A stretch of 50,860 nucleotides of DNA. Origin: an uncultured bacterium. Lineage in GTDB: Bacteria; Bipolaricaulota; Bipolaricaulia; UBA7950; UBA9294. Every line of letters starts with the position of its first letter. Positions within the stretch are counted from its first letter, which is position 1. The stretch is from assembly GCA_913009415.1 (NCBI GenBank), contig CAJVYM010000003.1:1-50860 (forward strand), written 5' to 3'. Below the pieces are notes generated by a model, which saw only the letters and a program-made list of their open reading frames with translations, did no database searches and was not told the DNA's origin. A program made the position numbers and the translations under genes. Below, one piece after another: positions 20,094-30,744 of the stretch.

Positions 20094-20666
20094 ATGGAGT
20101 TGAAAGGATCACGTACAGAGAGAAATCTGCTGACGGCGTTTGCCGGGGAATCACAGGCGAGGAATCGCTACACCTATTTTGCCAGCAAGGCGAAGAAGGA
20201 CGGATACGTTCAGATACAATCCATATTTGAAGAGACGGCCAACCAGGAGAAGGAACACGCAGAGAGGCTGTTTAAATTCCTTACCGGGGGCGAAGTGAAG
20301 ATCGAGGCGGCGTTCCCCGCCGGCGTGATCGGGACTACGGCACAGAACCTGAAGGCGGCGGCAGGCGGAGAACACTACGAGTGGGAGGAGATGTACCCCT
20401 CGTTTGCTGTAGTTGCTCGCGAGGAGGGGTTCACCGAGATCGCCAAAGTGTTCCAAGCAATCGCCGTGGCGGAGAAGCAGCACGAGAAGCGCTACCTCGA
20501 CCTGCTGGCAAACGTCGAGGCAGGAACGGTATTTAATAAGAACAAGTCGGTCGTCTGGAGGTGTCGTAACTGCGGCTACCTCCACACGGGGCCAGAGGCA
20601 CCGGAAGTCTGTCCAGCCTGCGCACATCCGCAAGCATACTTCGAGATCCTCGGTGAAAATTGGTGA
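20094..20666 (+). CDS. rbr: Rubrerythrin
   Basis: AFAGESQARNRY, EKEH, GEHYE, EKQH, C-terminal CRNC...CPAC. Confidence 0.95.
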   Translation: MELKGSRTERNLLTAFAGESQARNRYTYFASKAKKDGYVQIQSIFEETANQEKEHAERLFKFLTGGEVKIEAAFPAGVIGTTAQNLKAAAGGEHYEWEEMYPSFAVVAREEGFTEIAKVFQAIAVAEKQHEKRYLDLLANVEAGTVFNKNKSVVWRCRNCGYLHTGPEAPEVCPACAHPQAYFEILGENW

Positions 20667-20699
20667 GCGAAAGCCGCAATAAGAAGCAATAGGAGACCG

Positions 20700-21362
20700 A
20701 TGATGGAAAACAAGAATCAGGAGTACAGGATGCAGATGCCTCTATTGGGGGACTCATTCCCACGGATGGAGGTTCAGACGACACAAGGGCCGGTCTCGTT
20801 GCCGGGGGCATACGCAGGGAAGTGGTTCCTGCTGTTCAGCCACCCGGCCGACTTCACCCCGGTCTGCACAACAGAGTTTGTGGCATTTCAGAAGCGCTAC
20901 GGGAAGTTCAAGGATCTAAACACGGAGCTGATCGGCCTGTCGGTCGACCAGGTCTTCTCCCACATCAAGTGGATCGATTGGATCAAGGATAACTTAAACG
21001 TCGATATCAAGTTCCCGATTATCACCGGGACGGAGGCGATCGCCGCCAAGCTCGGTCTGATTCACCCCGGGAAGGGGACGAACATGGTGCGCGCGGTATT
21101 CATCGTCGACCCCAAGGGGATCGTGCGGGCGATCATGTACTATCCACAGGAATTGGGGCGAAACATGGACGAGTTCCTGCGCATGATCAAGGGATTCCAG
21201 ATCGCGGATCGTGACGGGGTCGCTATTCCCGCTAACTGGCCGGATAACGAGCTGATCGGAGATGACGTGATCGTGCCACCACCGAACAATGTGGATGCGG
21301 CGAAGAAGATCGTTACCCAGTACGATTGCTACGATTGGTGGTTCTGCCACAAGAAGCAATAG
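20700..21362 (+). CDS. Peroxiredoxin (Prx6/TDXH type)
   Basis: [35 protein letters not shown]. Confidence 0.93.
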   Translation: MMENKNQEYRMQMPLLGDSFPRMEVQTTQGPVSLPGAYAGKWFLLFSHPADFTPVCTTEFVAFQKRYGKFKDLNTELIGLSVDQVFSHIKWIDWIKDNLNVDIKFPIITGTEAIAAKLGLIHPGKGTNMVRAVFIVDPKGIVRAIMYYPQELGRNMDEFLRMIKGFQIADRDGVAIPANWPDNELIGDDVIVPPPNNVDAAKKIVTQYDCYDWWFCHKKQ

Positions 21363-21373
21363 GGAGGAACAAC

Positions 21374-21895
21374 ATGATTGGAAAGCGAATGCAGGACGCG
21401 ATGAACGAGCAGATCAAGCATGAACTGGAGTCGGCGTACCTCTACCTCTCCATGGTTGCCTATCTCAATGCCGAGGGGCTGGATGGGATGGCTGCCTGGA
21501 TGACGGTGCAGACGCAGGAGGAGATCGCGCACGCGATGCGCTTCTTCAGCCACATCAACGAACGCAGCGGGCGCGTTGAACTCCTCCCGCTCGCTCAACC
21601 GAAGAAGGAGTGGGCTTCACCGCTCGAAGCGTTCAAGGCGGCCTACGCTCACGAACAGTTTATCAGCGGAACGATCGACGACCTGGTGAAGGTCGCCGAG
21701 GAGGAGAACGACAACCCGGCGAAGATCATGCTGCAGTGGTTCGTCTCCGAGCAAGTAGAGGAGGAAGACTCCACACGCAAGGTGGTAGAACTCCTGGAAC
21801 GGATAGGCGATTCTGGTCACGGTCTTGTTATGGTCGACCGTGAGCTGGGTGCACGCCCGGCGGCAGCGCCAAGTTCAGAGGGGGAAGCAGCATGA
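21374..21895 (+). CDS. ftn: Ferritin
   Basis: NEQIKHELESAYLYLSM, EEIAHA, HEQFIS, LQWFVSEQVEEE; start ATG 21374 after GGGAGG. Confidence 0.93.
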   Translation: MIGKRMQDAMNEQIKHELESAYLYLSMVAYLNAEGLDGMAAWMTVQTQEEIAHAMRFFSHINERSGRVELLPLAQPKKEWASPLEAFKAAYAHEQFISGTIDDLVKVAEEENDNPAKIMLQWFVSEQVEEEDSTRKVVELLERIGDSGHGLVMVDRELGARPAAAPSSEGEAA

Positions 21896-22425
21896 GCGAG
21901 TTCAAGATTACAACGGACTCAGGTGGGCTGAACCAAGCTCTGTTTGAGGTTACCCATGGCTTGTACGTCCTCACCGCCGTTCGCGGCGGGAGGGCGACCG
22001 GACACAGTCCGAATGGCCAGTGCCTCGACGCGGCGATGCAGATCACCAACGCCCCACCGCGGATAGCAATCGGAGTGGGGAAGAAATCCCTCACCCACGA
22101 GATGATCGTAGAGACGGGAAAGTTTATGCTAAACACAATAGATCGCGAGGACTCCGAAGCGGCGGATGTTGTGAGGCGTTTCGGGTTTCAGTCTGGCCGT
22201 AATGTTGACAAGTTCGCCGATTTCCCCTACGAAGAGGGGGAGAACGGGGCGCCGATCCTGCCGGATGCGAAGGCATTCTACGAGTGCACGGTGTTACCTG
22301 AGTTCACGGTGGATCTGGTGACGCACACCCTGTTCGTCGCCTCGGTCGATCGAGCCGGAACGAAAGAGGATGGAGAACCGTTGACGTATAACGAATACAG
22401 AAAAAACATGCGCAAAAGGAGGTAG
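21892..22425 (+). CDS. Flavin reductase-like protein (Hrb-type N-terminal domain)
   Basis: [41 protein letters not shown]. Confidence 0.85.
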   Translation: MSEFKITTDSGGLNQALFEVTHGLYVLTAVRGGRATGHSPNGQCLDAAMQITNAPPRIAIGVGKKSLTHEMIVETGKFMLNTIDREDSEAADVVRRFGFQSGRNVDKFADFPYEEGENGAPILPDAKAFYECTVLPEFTVDLVTHTLFVASVDRAGTKEDGEPLTYNEYRKNMRKRR

Positions 22426-22430
22426 TAAAG

Positions 22431-22589
22431 ATGGAAAAGTGGGTATGCACAGTGTGCGGATATGTCTACGATCCGGTGGATGGGGACCCGACGAGCGGCA
22501 TCGAGCCGGGGACGTCATTCGCGGATCTACCCGAGGATTGGGTCTGCCCCGATTGCGGTGTAGGTAAGGACATGTTCGAGAAACAGTAG
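22431..22589 (+). CDS. rub: Rubredoxin (absent from ORF track)
   Basis: Hand translation [52 protein letters not shown]; SD AGGAGG. Confidence 0.97.
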   Translation: MEKWVCTVCGYVYDPVDGDPTSGIEPGTSFADLPEDWVCPDCGVGKDMFEKQ

Positions 22590-22630
22590 GATTAGCGGCA
22601 GCATCTAATACTGGCAACGTTGCTCCGTTC

Positions 22631-22683
22631 TTGACAAAGAGAAGGTTGTTGGTACAATAAAGGGATAAAAAGATCGTTTTATC
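22631..22683 (+). promoter_or_regulatory. Internal promoter and putative Rrf2 operator
   Basis: TTGACA-16-TACAAT (22631-58), then dyad GATAAAA-N6-TTTTATC (22664-83). Confidence 0.6.
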
Positions 22684-22690
22684 TGGAGGA

Positions 22691-23113
22691 ATGATGCTCT
22701 ACTCCTTGACCACGAAGTACTCGGTGATCGCCCTGGTTGAACTGGCCAGGCAAGACGGGCAGATGCGAGTCAAGGAGATCGCTGAGGCGCGGGGGATTCC
22801 ACCGCACTTCCTCGCCAAGCTGGTTCCCCCACTCGTGCGCGCCGGAATCCTGGCATCGATGCGGGGAAAGACCGGCGGGATAAGCTTCGCCCGTGACCCA
22901 AGCGAGGTCTCACTGGCAGACGTGGTACGGGTGATCGAAGGGGATGGATACTTCGAAGAGTGCGTCTTTGAGCTTGATCCCTGCCCTGGGCGCCCGGGAT
23001 GCCCGCTGCACGATGTATGGGACCCGCTGCGCGATGAGATCATCCGCTTTCTTGAAGAGACAACGATCGGGTCAGTGGCCGATAAGCTGGATGCTGCAAA
23101 GGAGGAGCAATGA
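22691..23113 (+). CDS. Rrf2-family regulator with three Cys
   Basis: IPPHFLAKL, SMRGKTGG, ECVFELDPCPGRPGCPLH. Confidence 0.9.
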   Translation: MMLYSLTTKYSVIALVELARQDGQMRVKEIAEARGIPPHFLAKLVPPLVRAGILASMRGKTGGISFARDPSEVSLADVVRVIEGDGYFEECVFELDPCPGRPGCPLHDVWDPLRDEIIRFLEETTIGSVADKLDAAKEEQ

Positions 23114-24273
23114 GCGAATTGATATCAAACGAACGGAAGGATGCGCTGCGCAAGATCCTCTCACGCCTGCATGCGGGAGAATCAGCAGAAGCGTTGAAGG
23201 AAGAGTTTAAGGAATTGCTGGGCGAAGTCACCCCGCTTGAGATCTCGCAGATCGAGGCGGAGCTCGTCAAGGAGGGGACACCGCGAGAGGAACTGATGAG
23301 TCTGTGCGACGTGCACATGGCCATGTTCAAGGAGTCGCTCTCCCAAGAACCGGACCTCCCCGACTGGCACCCGCTCCACATCCTGTATGAGGAACACCGC
23401 GGTATGTTGCAGGCCTCCGAGGGTATCTGGAAGCTCGCGCGCGATGGCTCCGAAGATACAGATGAACTCCAAGGGCTGGCGGCGAAACTTGCCGACACGG
23501 AAGTTCATTACCAACGCGAGGAGAACGTGCTCTTCCCTTACCTGGAGAAGCACGGGATCACCGAGCCGCCAGCGATCATGTGGATGGAGCACGATCGCAT
23601 CCGCGCCGAGCGCAAAGCGCTCATCTCTCTCGTCGAATCGGGTACGCGGGGAAAACTCTTGGAGACAAGAGCGCGCGGGCTTTACGAGATTTTCTCTTCC
23701 CACTTTCAAAAAGAAGGAAAGATCCTGTTTCCAAGCGCCATTGACGTGATCACCGACGCAGAATGGAAACGCATCCGCAAGGAATTCGACGGAATCGGAT
23801 ACACCCCGTTCGTATCGAAGATCGCCCCGGCCCCGCTGTTGACGGATGAAGAGAAAGCCGCGGATGGAGAGATTAACTTCACCGCCGGATCACTATCGCT
23901 CAAAGAACTCTCTGCGGTCCTCGATACCTTGCCGGTTGATATCACGTTCATCGACCTGGACGACCGCGTCCGTTACTTCAATCAAGCGCCGGACCGTGTG
24001 TTCGTGAGGAGCCCGGCGATCATCGGCCGGACGGTGCAAAATTGTCATCCGCAGAAGAGCATCGCGGCTGTAAACCGGATACTGAAGGAGTTCGAGAACG
24101 GTGAACGCGATGAGGCGGAGTTTTGGATCAACCAGGGCGGAAAGACGGTGTATATCCGCTATCTACCGGTGAGAGGAGAGTCTGGGGTGTACCTGGGAAC
24201 GCTCGAGGTCACCCAGGATATCACGAAGATCAAAGCGATCGAGGGAGAAAAGAGACTCCTCGATGATATTTAA
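23110..24273 (+). CDS. DUF438 / hemerythrin / PAS domain protein
   Basis: LHAGE...EISQIE...LCDVH, HYQREENVLFP, MWMEHD, LPVDITF, GRTVQNCHP. Confidence 0.85.
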   Translation: MSELISNERKDALRKILSRLHAGESAEALKEEFKELLGEVTPLEISQIEAELVKEGTPREELMSLCDVHMAMFKESLSQEPDLPDWHPLHILYEEHRGMLQASEGIWKLARDGSEDTDELQGLAAKLADTEVHYQREENVLFPYLEKHGITEPPAIMWMEHDRIRAERKALISLVESGTRGKLLETRARGLYEIFSSHFQKEGKILFPSAIDVITDAEWKRIRKEFDGIGYTPFVSKIAPAPLLTDEEKAADGEINFTAGSLSLKELSAVLDTLPVDITFIDLDDRVRYFNQAPDRVFVRSPAIIGRTVQNCHPQKSIAAVNRILKEFENGERDEAEFWINQGGKTVYIRYLPVRGESGVYLGTLEVTQDITKIKAIEGEKRLLDDI

Positions 24274-24282
24274 GGAGGCATA

Positions 24283-25590
24283 ATGGCTGAAAAACTGGAC
24301 ATGTTCTGTTACCAATGCTCACAGACCGTGGGGGGAACCGGATGCACGGTGCAGGGAGTGTGCGGAAAGACGGCGACCGTCGCCCGGCTGCAGGATAATT
24401 TGCTCCTTGCCACCAAGGGGCTGTCGGCGTACCTGTACCACGCACGCGAACTCGGGTATACCGATACGGAGATTGACGCGTTCCTGGAGCGCGTCTTCTA
24501 CACGACGTTTACCAACGTTAATTTCGACGCTGACGACCTCGTCCGATTCGCCATTGAGGCGGGGGAGACGAGCCTGCGCACGATGCGCCTCCTCAAGAAG
24601 GCGCACATCGACACGTACGGTGAACCCGTCCCAACGCAAGTACCGACAGGGACGGTTAAGGGACACGCGATCATCGTCACCGGACACGGATTGAAGGCGC
24701 TGGAGGAGCTGCTGAAGCAGACGGAGGGGAAGGGGATCAACGTGTACACTCACTCTGAGATGCTCCCGGCGCACGGCTACCCCGGCCTGAAGAAGTACAA
24801 GCACCTGGTGGGAAACCTGGGGAAGGCGTGGTTCGATCAGAAGAAGCTGTTCTCTGAAATCCCGGCGGCGATCCTCGGGACGTCGAACTGTGTGTTGCTA
24901 CCAAAGGATGACTATAAGGATCGGATGTTCACTACCGGGCCGGCCAAGCTCCCCGGAGTAAAGCACATTTCAGGCTATGACTATTCCGCGGTGATAGAGA
25001 AGGCGCTATCCCTCCCCGAGCTTCCCGATGCACCGGGGGAAGTGACGCTCACCACCGGGTTCTCCCTCGCCACCCTCCTTCCGTTGAAGGACAAGATCAA
25101 GAAACTCGTGGAAGAGGGGAAGATCAGCCACTTCTTCCTCGTCGGTGGGTGCGACTCACCGCTGAAGAAAGCGAGCTACTATCGAGAATTCGTCAAGGCC
25201 TTGCCGAAAGACACGGTCGTCCTAACCCTCGCCTGCGGGAAGTTCCGGATCAATGATCTCGACCTGGGGGATATCGAGGGGATACCGCGGCTGATCGATC
25301 TCGGGCAGTGCAACGACTCGATCGTGGCCATCGACTTCGCCGTCGCCCTCGCCGACCTGTTCGGCGTGGGAGTAAACGATCTGCCACTCACCCTCATCCT
25401 ATCGTGGATGGAGCAGAAGGCGGTCGCCATCCTGTGGTCGCTCCTGTCGCTTAACATCAAGGGAATCTACCTCGGGCCGATCCTCCCGGCGTGGGTGAAC
25501 GACGACATCCTGAAGGTGCTGCAGGACAACTACGACCTGCGACTGATCGGTGATCCACAGGAGGACATCGCTCGCATATTGGCAACATAG
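24283..25590 (+). CDS. hcp: Hybrid cluster protein (hydroxylamine reductase), short class III-like
   Basis: MFCYQCSQ...[45 protein letters not shown]; 435 aa. Confidence 0.93.
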   Translation: MAEKLDMFCYQCSQTVGGTGCTVQGVCGKTATVARLQDNLLLATKGLSAYLYHARELGYTDTEIDAFLERVFYTTFTNVNFDADDLVRFAIEAGETSLRTMRLLKKAHIDTYGEPVPTQVPTGTVKGHAIIVTGHGLKALEELLKQTEGKGINVYTHSEMLPAHGYPGLKKYKHLVGNLGKAWFDQKKLFSEIPAAILGTSNCVLLPKDDYKDRMFTTGPAKLPGVKHISGYDYSAVIEKALSLPELPDAPGEVTLTTGFSLATLLPLKDKIKKLVEEGKISHFFLVGGCDSPLKKASYYREFVKALPKDTVVLTLACGKFRINDLDLGDIEGIPRLIDLGQCNDSIVAIDFAVALADLFGVGVNDLPLTLILSWMEQKAVAILWSLLSLNIKGIYLGPILPAWVNDDILKVLQDNYDLRLIGDPQEDIARILAT

Positions 25591-25640
25591 GAAAAGGAGC
25601 TAAGCCCGCTTGGTATCAACCACGGCAAAGGAGGATTGAG

Positions 25641-26237
25641 ATGCAAGAAAACGAAGTGTTGAAGGCGATTCGCGATAGGATCAGCATCTTCCGCTTTCAG
25701 GAAGACGCAATATCCGATGAACAGCTAGATACGATATTGGAGGCGGGACGCTGGGCGCCTTCATACGCCAACTCCCAGCCGTGGACGTTCATCGTGGTCC
25801 GTGATGAGAGCAAACGACGCGCACTGGGAGAGCTGGTACAGCGCATCGCCCTGGCGCGCCGGGGAAATGTCGGTATCACCGGCCCCGGGATCGGCGGTGC
25901 GCCGGCGGTGATCGCCATTGCCGTCGACCCATGGCGAGATAGCAAGCACTTCGTGGAGACGGGGGCAATTGCCGCACAGAACATGGCGCTAGTGGCCAAT
26001 TCCCTCGGTCTCGCCACCTTCTGGGCAGGAGTCTACAACTCCGAAGGAAGCCGCAGATCGATCGAGGGAAAGATCAAGAAACTGCTGGGCATCCCTAAGG
26101 AGATGCGCGTTATCGCCCTTCTTCCCGTGGGGATAGCAGCCTACAATCCTCACCACAAGACAGAGACGAGGCGCGAAGATCTAGCGGAATTTGTCCGCTA
26201 TGAAACCTTCGCGGATGAAGAACCCAGCGAAGCCTGA
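25641..26237 (+). CDS. Nitroreductase family protein
   Basis: RISI, APSYANSQPWTF, AAQNMAL...GLATFW. Confidence 0.88.
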   Translation: MQENEVLKAIRDRISIFRFQEDAISDEQLDTILEAGRWAPSYANSQPWTFIVVRDESKRRALGELVQRIALARRGNVGITGPGIGGAPAVIAIAVDPWRDSKHFVETGAIAAQNMALVANSLGLATFWAGVYNSEGSRRSIEGKIKKLLGIPKEMRVIALLPVGIAAYNPHHKTETRREDLAEFVRYETFADEEPSEA

Positions 26238-26254
26238 TCTTTAAGGAGAGAAGA

Positions 26255-27424
26255 ATGAATGCTCGGGAGATTAGACCAGGAGTGTTGGCCCTTGGAGCGC
26301 AGGACTTCGATCGGCGCTTGTTCGACGAACTGATCCCGCTTCCGGATGGGACAAGCTACAACGCTTACCTGGTAAGTGGAAGCGAGAAGACGGCCCTCAT
26401 CGACGCCGTCGATCCGGAGAAGATTCATGTCCTGCAAGCACAGCTCCGTGATGTAGAAAAAGTCGATTATATGATCGTACAGCACGTGGAGCAGGACCAT
26501 TCCGGTTCCGTTCCATGGGTGTTAGAACGTTACCCAAACGTACAGATTCTAACTAGCGCTAAGGCGAAGCCGATGCTCGTCGATCACCTACATATCGATC
26601 CTGAGAGGATCACGACCGTAGCGGATGGAGAGACGATCAGCCTTGGCGATAAGACACTGGAGTTCCTATACGCCCCGTGGGTGCACTGGCCGGAGACGAT
26701 GCTCACCTACCTGCGCGAGGAGAAAATCATGTTCACGTGTGATTTCTTCGGCTCGCACATCGCCTCGACTGAGCTCTTTGTCACCGACAAGGAACGCGTG
26801 TACGAAGCGGCCAAGCGCTACTATGCGGAGATCATGATGCCATTTAAGACGATGATCAGTAAGCACCTCAAGCGACTGGAGGACTACGAGATCTCGATGA
26901 TCGCCCCCAGTCACGGCCAGGTGTACGATGAGCCTGAGTTCATCATCGATGCTTACCGGCATTGGGTTCTCGATGAGCCGAGGAACCTCGTCCTTCTTCC
27001 CTACGTCTCGATGCACGGGAGCACGCAGGTGATGGTCGATCATCTGATCACAGCCCTCGTCGATCGAGGGATCGAGGTCGCTCCGTTCAACCTGACGGTG
27101 ACCGACCTCGGGAAGCTCGCCGAAGCGCTGGTGGAAGCAAAAACGGTCGTATTTGGGACACCAACGGTCCTTGTTGGCCCACACCCAAGCGTCGTCTCCG
27201 CGGCGTACCTTATTGCGGCTCTGCGTCCGAAGCTGAAATACGCCGGTGTCATCGGCTCCTACGGCTGGGGAGGCAAAGCTCCGGAGACGATCAAGTCCCT
27301 CACAGCGGCGTTGAAGCTTGAGTGGCTCGACCCGGTGATGGTAAAGGGACTCCCGCGAGAGGAGGACCTATTGAGGGTCAGCGAGCTTGCCGAGGAACTG
27401 GCCAGGATGATGAAGGGAGAATGA
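26255..27424 (+). CDS. fprA: Flavodiiron protein (FprA)
   Basis: GTSYNAYL, HVEQDHSG, PWVHWPETM, CDFFG, APSHG, SMHGST flavodoxin domain. Confidence 0.93.
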   Translation: MNAREIRPGVLALGAQDFDRRLFDELIPLPDGTSYNAYLVSGSEKTALIDAVDPEKIHVLQAQLRDVEKVDYMIVQHVEQDHSGSVPWVLERYPNVQILTSAKAKPMLVDHLHIDPERITTVADGETISLGDKTLEFLYAPWVHWPETMLTYLREEKIMFTCDFFGSHIASTELFVTDKERVYEAAKRYYAEIMMPFKTMISKHLKRLEDYEISMIAPSHGQVYDEPEFIIDAYRHWVLDEPRNLVLLPYVSMHGSTQVMVDHLITALVDRGIEVAPFNLTVTDLGKLAEALVEAKTVVFGTPTVLVGPHPSVVSAAYLIAALRPKLKYAGVIGSYGWGGKAPETIKSLTAALKLEWLDPVMVKGLPREEDLLRVSELAEELARMMKGE

Positions 27425-27427
27425 GCC

Positions 27428-27913
27428 ATGAATCGCAACTACAACATCGATGAGATACTGGCAATGGCCGAGGAGATCGAGCGAAACGGCGCGGAGTACT
27501 ACGCCCGCGCCGCGGAGATCACCGCAGGCGAGGAGAAGAAGGCTAAGCTAGAGAAACTGGCTGAGATGGAGCGCAACCACGAACAGATATTCGCCGAGAT
27601 GCGCGCAAGTCAACCCGAGGAACGCGCGTCGTTTGACCCCGATGGGGAGGCGGGTCGTTATCTGGGAGCGATCGTCGATGGCAAGGTGTTCGACTACCGG
27701 GCATCACCGGCAGCGGACCTGGCGGGAAAGTCTCTCGTCGATATCTACCGCAAGGCCATCGATCTGGAGAAGGACTCGATCATCTTCTACCTCGGGATTC
27801 GCGAGCTGGTGCCGGAGGGGCTCGGAAACGCTCAGATGGACGACATCATCCGCGAGGAGATGGGACACATCGTCCTTTTGAGCGATGACCTAGCGGTGGA
27901 ACTGGAGGGATGA
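27428..27913 (+). CDS. Ferritin-like diiron (rubrerythrin/erythrin family) protein
   Basis: EIERNG..YY, EMERNH, EKDSIIFY, EEMGH. Confidence 0.82.
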   Translation: MNRNYNIDEILAMAEEIERNGAEYYARAAEITAGEEKKAKLEKLAEMERNHEQIFAEMRASQPEERASFDPDGEAGRYLGAIVDGKVFDYRASPAADLAGKSLVDIYRKAIDLEKDSIIFYLGIRELVPEGLGNAQMDDIIREEMGHIVLLSDDLAVELEG

Positions 27914-28680
27914 TGAAGGGGCTTCTTGAGATCGAGAATCTTACTGTTGCGATCGGTGACAAGCCGCTCCTTACCGGGGTTACCCTCACCGTCGCTCCGG
28001 GTGAGATCCACGTCGTCTTCGGACCAAACGGAACTGGAAAGTCGAGCCTGATCAAGGCGATTATGGGCCTTCCTCCTTACCAAGTGACATCGGGGGATGT
28101 ACGGTTTGAGGGTGAGTCGATACTGAATCTAGCGATAGACGAACGGGCTCGGCTCGGTATAGGGCTTGCCTTCCAACAGCCACCGGCGGTGCGCGATGTA
28201 TCCCTCGCTGCCCTTGGAAAAGCTCTTGGAATCGACAAGGACAAGCTCCACGACGAAGCGACTCAGCTTGGAATGCGTGGACACATCAACCGTGGGTTAA
28301 ACGACGGTTTTTCCGGTGGGGAGCAGAAGCGAAGCGAGCTTCTCCAGCTCCTGTTGCAGCAGCCGAAGCTTCTCCTCTTAGACGAGCCGGAGTCCGGGGT
28401 GGACGTGGACAGCCTCAAGCTCCTCACCGCTGTGATCGAGCGCCTCTTTCAGCGGGACCTCCCGATTAGGGAGCGAACGGTCGGCGGGATTATCGTCACC
28501 CACACCGGGAGCGTCCTCAAGCACCTGCACGCCACGCGCGGCTACGTCCTTGTAAACGGGCGGATCATGTGCTCGGGAGCGCCGCTCGACATCTTCGATC
28601 AGATCTCGGAGAACGGGTTTGGAAACTGCCTTGCCGAGGCGCGGATAAAGGAGAAGATCCATGACTTCCTCAAAGGATAA
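27910..28680 (+). CDS. sufC: SufC/SmsC-like Fe-S assembly ABC ATPase
   Basis: GPNGTGKS, FQQPP, GFSGGEQKRSE, LDEPESGVD, VTHTG. Confidence 0.88.
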   Translation: MMKGLLEIENLTVAIGDKPLLTGVTLTVAPGEIHVVFGPNGTGKSSLIKAIMGLPPYQVTSGDVRFEGESILNLAIDERARLGIGLAFQQPPAVRDVSLAALGKALGIDKDKLHDEATQLGMRGHINRGLNDGFSGGEQKRSELLQLLLQQPKLLLLDEPESGVDVDSLKLLTAVIERLFQRDLPIRERTVGGIIVTHTGSVLKHLHATRGYVLVNGRIMCSGAPLDIFDQISENGFGNCLAEARIKEKIHDFLKG

Positions 28681-29758
28681 ACTAGATTTGCGCAAGGTGG
28701 GCTACGATGAGACCGGGAACACCCCACGCTCGGCATCGTTCCTGTTGGAAGACGACACCGCTCGCGTAGCAGCATCTAAAGAGCGCGAGCTGGTGATGGA
28801 TTCGATGCGCAAGGCACGGGTCGATTATCCGTGGGTGAAGGATCTCGAGTGGAGCCTGGTCAACCCCGATACCGATGAATTCACCCGTCACGTTGCTGAT
28901 CATGATGACCCGGCGGGAAACTTCATCCATGTCTTGGAAGGGGCGAAGATCAGATTCCCAGCCCAGTCCTGTTTCCTACTCAAGGCAGAGCGTAATGAGC
29001 AGGTCCTGCATAACATCATCGTCTTAGAGCCGGACTCCGAGCTTCACCTGATTACCGGATGCACCGCCGCCTCGTACAGTAACGCCGGTAAACACATCGC
29101 GGTGACCGAGATCTTCGTGCGCAAAGGGGCGACCCTTACCTACACTATGGTCCACGATTGGGCCCCGGAGGTGGAAGTGCGGCCGCGAACGGGGATCGTT
29201 GTTGAGCAGGGAGGCACGTACCTCTCCAACTACATCGCCCTCACCCGCGTGAAACACATCGACACCAATCCGCTTGCCACGGTGAAATCGGGCGGGACGG
29301 CGCGGTTCAACTCGATCTTGTACGCCAAGGAGGGCTCGTTCTTCGATGTCGGTGGAAGGATCAGGCTCCTTGGGGAGGGTGCGCGCGGGGAGATCGTCAG
29401 TCGCGTCGTCGCCACGAAGAGCTCTGTTATATCGCGTGGGCTGATCGAAGGTGGAAATGCGGATACAAAGGGGCACATGGAGTGTAACGGGATCATGCTC
29501 GATGACCAGGCGATGATTCACGCCATCCCAGAGCTGAAGGCGACCTACCCCGACACGGAGCTATCGCACGAGGCGGCGGTGGGGAAGATCGCCGGCGAGC
29601 AGCTCAACTACTTGATGGCGCGCGGCCTCTCCGAAGAGATGGCAAGATCGCTCATTATCCGCGGCTTTCTGAACGTGAAAATCGATGGCCTGCCAGCATC
29701 ACTTCAAAAGGTGATCGATACGATGATTGAGCAGGCGATGACAAAGGAGGCGATCTAG
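28661..29758 (+). CDS. sufB: SufB/SufD family (SmsB-like) Fe-S scaffold
   Basis: HLITGC, VRPRT, GHMECNGI, HAIPEL, LSHEAAVGKI, YLMARG. Confidence 0.88.
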   Translation: MTSSKDKLDLRKVGYDETGNTPRSASFLLEDDTARVAASKERELVMDSMRKARVDYPWVKDLEWSLVNPDTDEFTRHVADHDDPAGNFIHVLEGAKIRFPAQSCFLLKAERNEQVLHNIIVLEPDSELHLITGCTAASYSNAGKHIAVTEIFVRKGATLTYTMVHDWAPEVEVRPRTGIVVEQGGTYLSNYIALTRVKHIDTNPLATVKSGGTARFNSILYAKEGSFFDVGGRIRLLGEGARGEIVSRVVATKSSVISRGLIEGGNADTKGHMECNGIMLDDQAMIHAIPELKATYPDTELSHEAAVGKIAGEQLNYLMARGLSEEMARSLIIRGFLNVKIDGLPASLQKVIDTMIEQAMTKEAI

Positions 29759-30226
29759 ATGTCGGCTATCAAAGTTGGAACGAAGGCGCCGGCTTTCGTG
29801 CTTTCGGACCAACACGGCAAGAAGGTCAATCTGCAAGGGTTGCGGGGAAAGCGAGTGATCCTCTCCTTCCACCCGCTGGCGTTCACCCCGGTATGCGCTA
29901 AGCAGATGAAAGCGCTGGAGGAGAACAAAGATCAGTTCGACAAACTGAACTCGGTCGCGCTCGGGATAAGCGTCGATTCCGTCCCGGCAAAGAGCGCGTG
30001 GGCCAAGGAGATCAATCTCAAGGAGACACGTCTTCTTGCTGATTTCTGGCCGCATGGTGCGGTCGCTAAATCCTACGGGATCTTCCGCGAAGAAGACGGC
30101 TACTCCGAGCGGGCGGTGATCATCCTCGACGAAGAGGGGATCGTCCGGTTCTCCAAGGTCTATCCGATCAGCGAAGTCCCCGATATGGGAGAGATAATGG
30201 AACAGTTAGGAAAACTAGGAGGATAA
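29759..30226 (+). CDS. Peroxiredoxin (AhpE-like)
   Basis: FHPLAFTPVC, ISVDS, LLADFWPHGAVA. Confidence 0.88.
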   Translation: MSAIKVGTKAPAFVLSDQHGKKVNLQGLRGKRVILSFHPLAFTPVCAKQMKALEENKDQFDKLNSVALGISVDSVPAKSAWAKEINLKETRLLADFWPHGAVAKSYGIFREEDGYSERAVIILDEEGIVRFSKVYPISEVPDMGEIMEQLGKLGG

Positions 30227-30228
30227 AT

Positions 30229-30732
30229 ATGCATCCAATGACGGAAGGGAACCTGAAGGCGGCGTTCGCCGGAGAGTCGCAGGCGCACATGCGCTACCTC
30301 ATCTTCGCCGAGCAGGCGGAGAAGGAAGGGAAGAGTAACCTGGCGCGGATGTTCCGGGCCATCGCCTACGCGGAGCAGGTGCACGCCACCAACCACTACC
30401 GTGAGCTTTCGATGATTGAGGGATCACCCGATAACCTGCAGACGTGCATCGACGGGGAGACCTACGAGGTCGAAGAGATGTATCCCGCGTACAACAAGAT
30501 CGCCGAACTGCAAGGCGAAACCGGTGCGGTCCGCTCCACGCACTATGCGCTGGAGGCAGAGAAGATCCATGCTCGGATGTACGCAGATGCAAAGAAGGAA
30601 GCCGATACCGGGAAGGACATCAAGATTGGCAAGGTCTATATTTGCCCGGTCTGCGGGTACACAGTTGAGGGGGACGCTCCGAACAAATGTCCGGTGTGCG
30701 GCGCTTCGCGGGAAATGTTCAAGAAGTTCTAG
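30229..30732 (+). CDS. rbr: Rubrerythrin family protein, second copy
   Basis: AFAGESQAHMRY, EQVH, GETYE, EKIH, CPVC...CPVC. Confidence 0.93.
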   Translation: MHPMTEGNLKAAFAGESQAHMRYLIFAEQAEKEGKSNLARMFRAIAYAEQVHATNHYRELSMIEGSPDNLQTCIDGETYEVEEMYPAYNKIAELQGETGAVRSTHYALEAEKIHARMYADAKKEADTGKDIKIGKVYICPVCGYTVEGDAPNKCPVCGASREMFKKF

Positions 30733-30744
30733 AAAGGAGGAACG

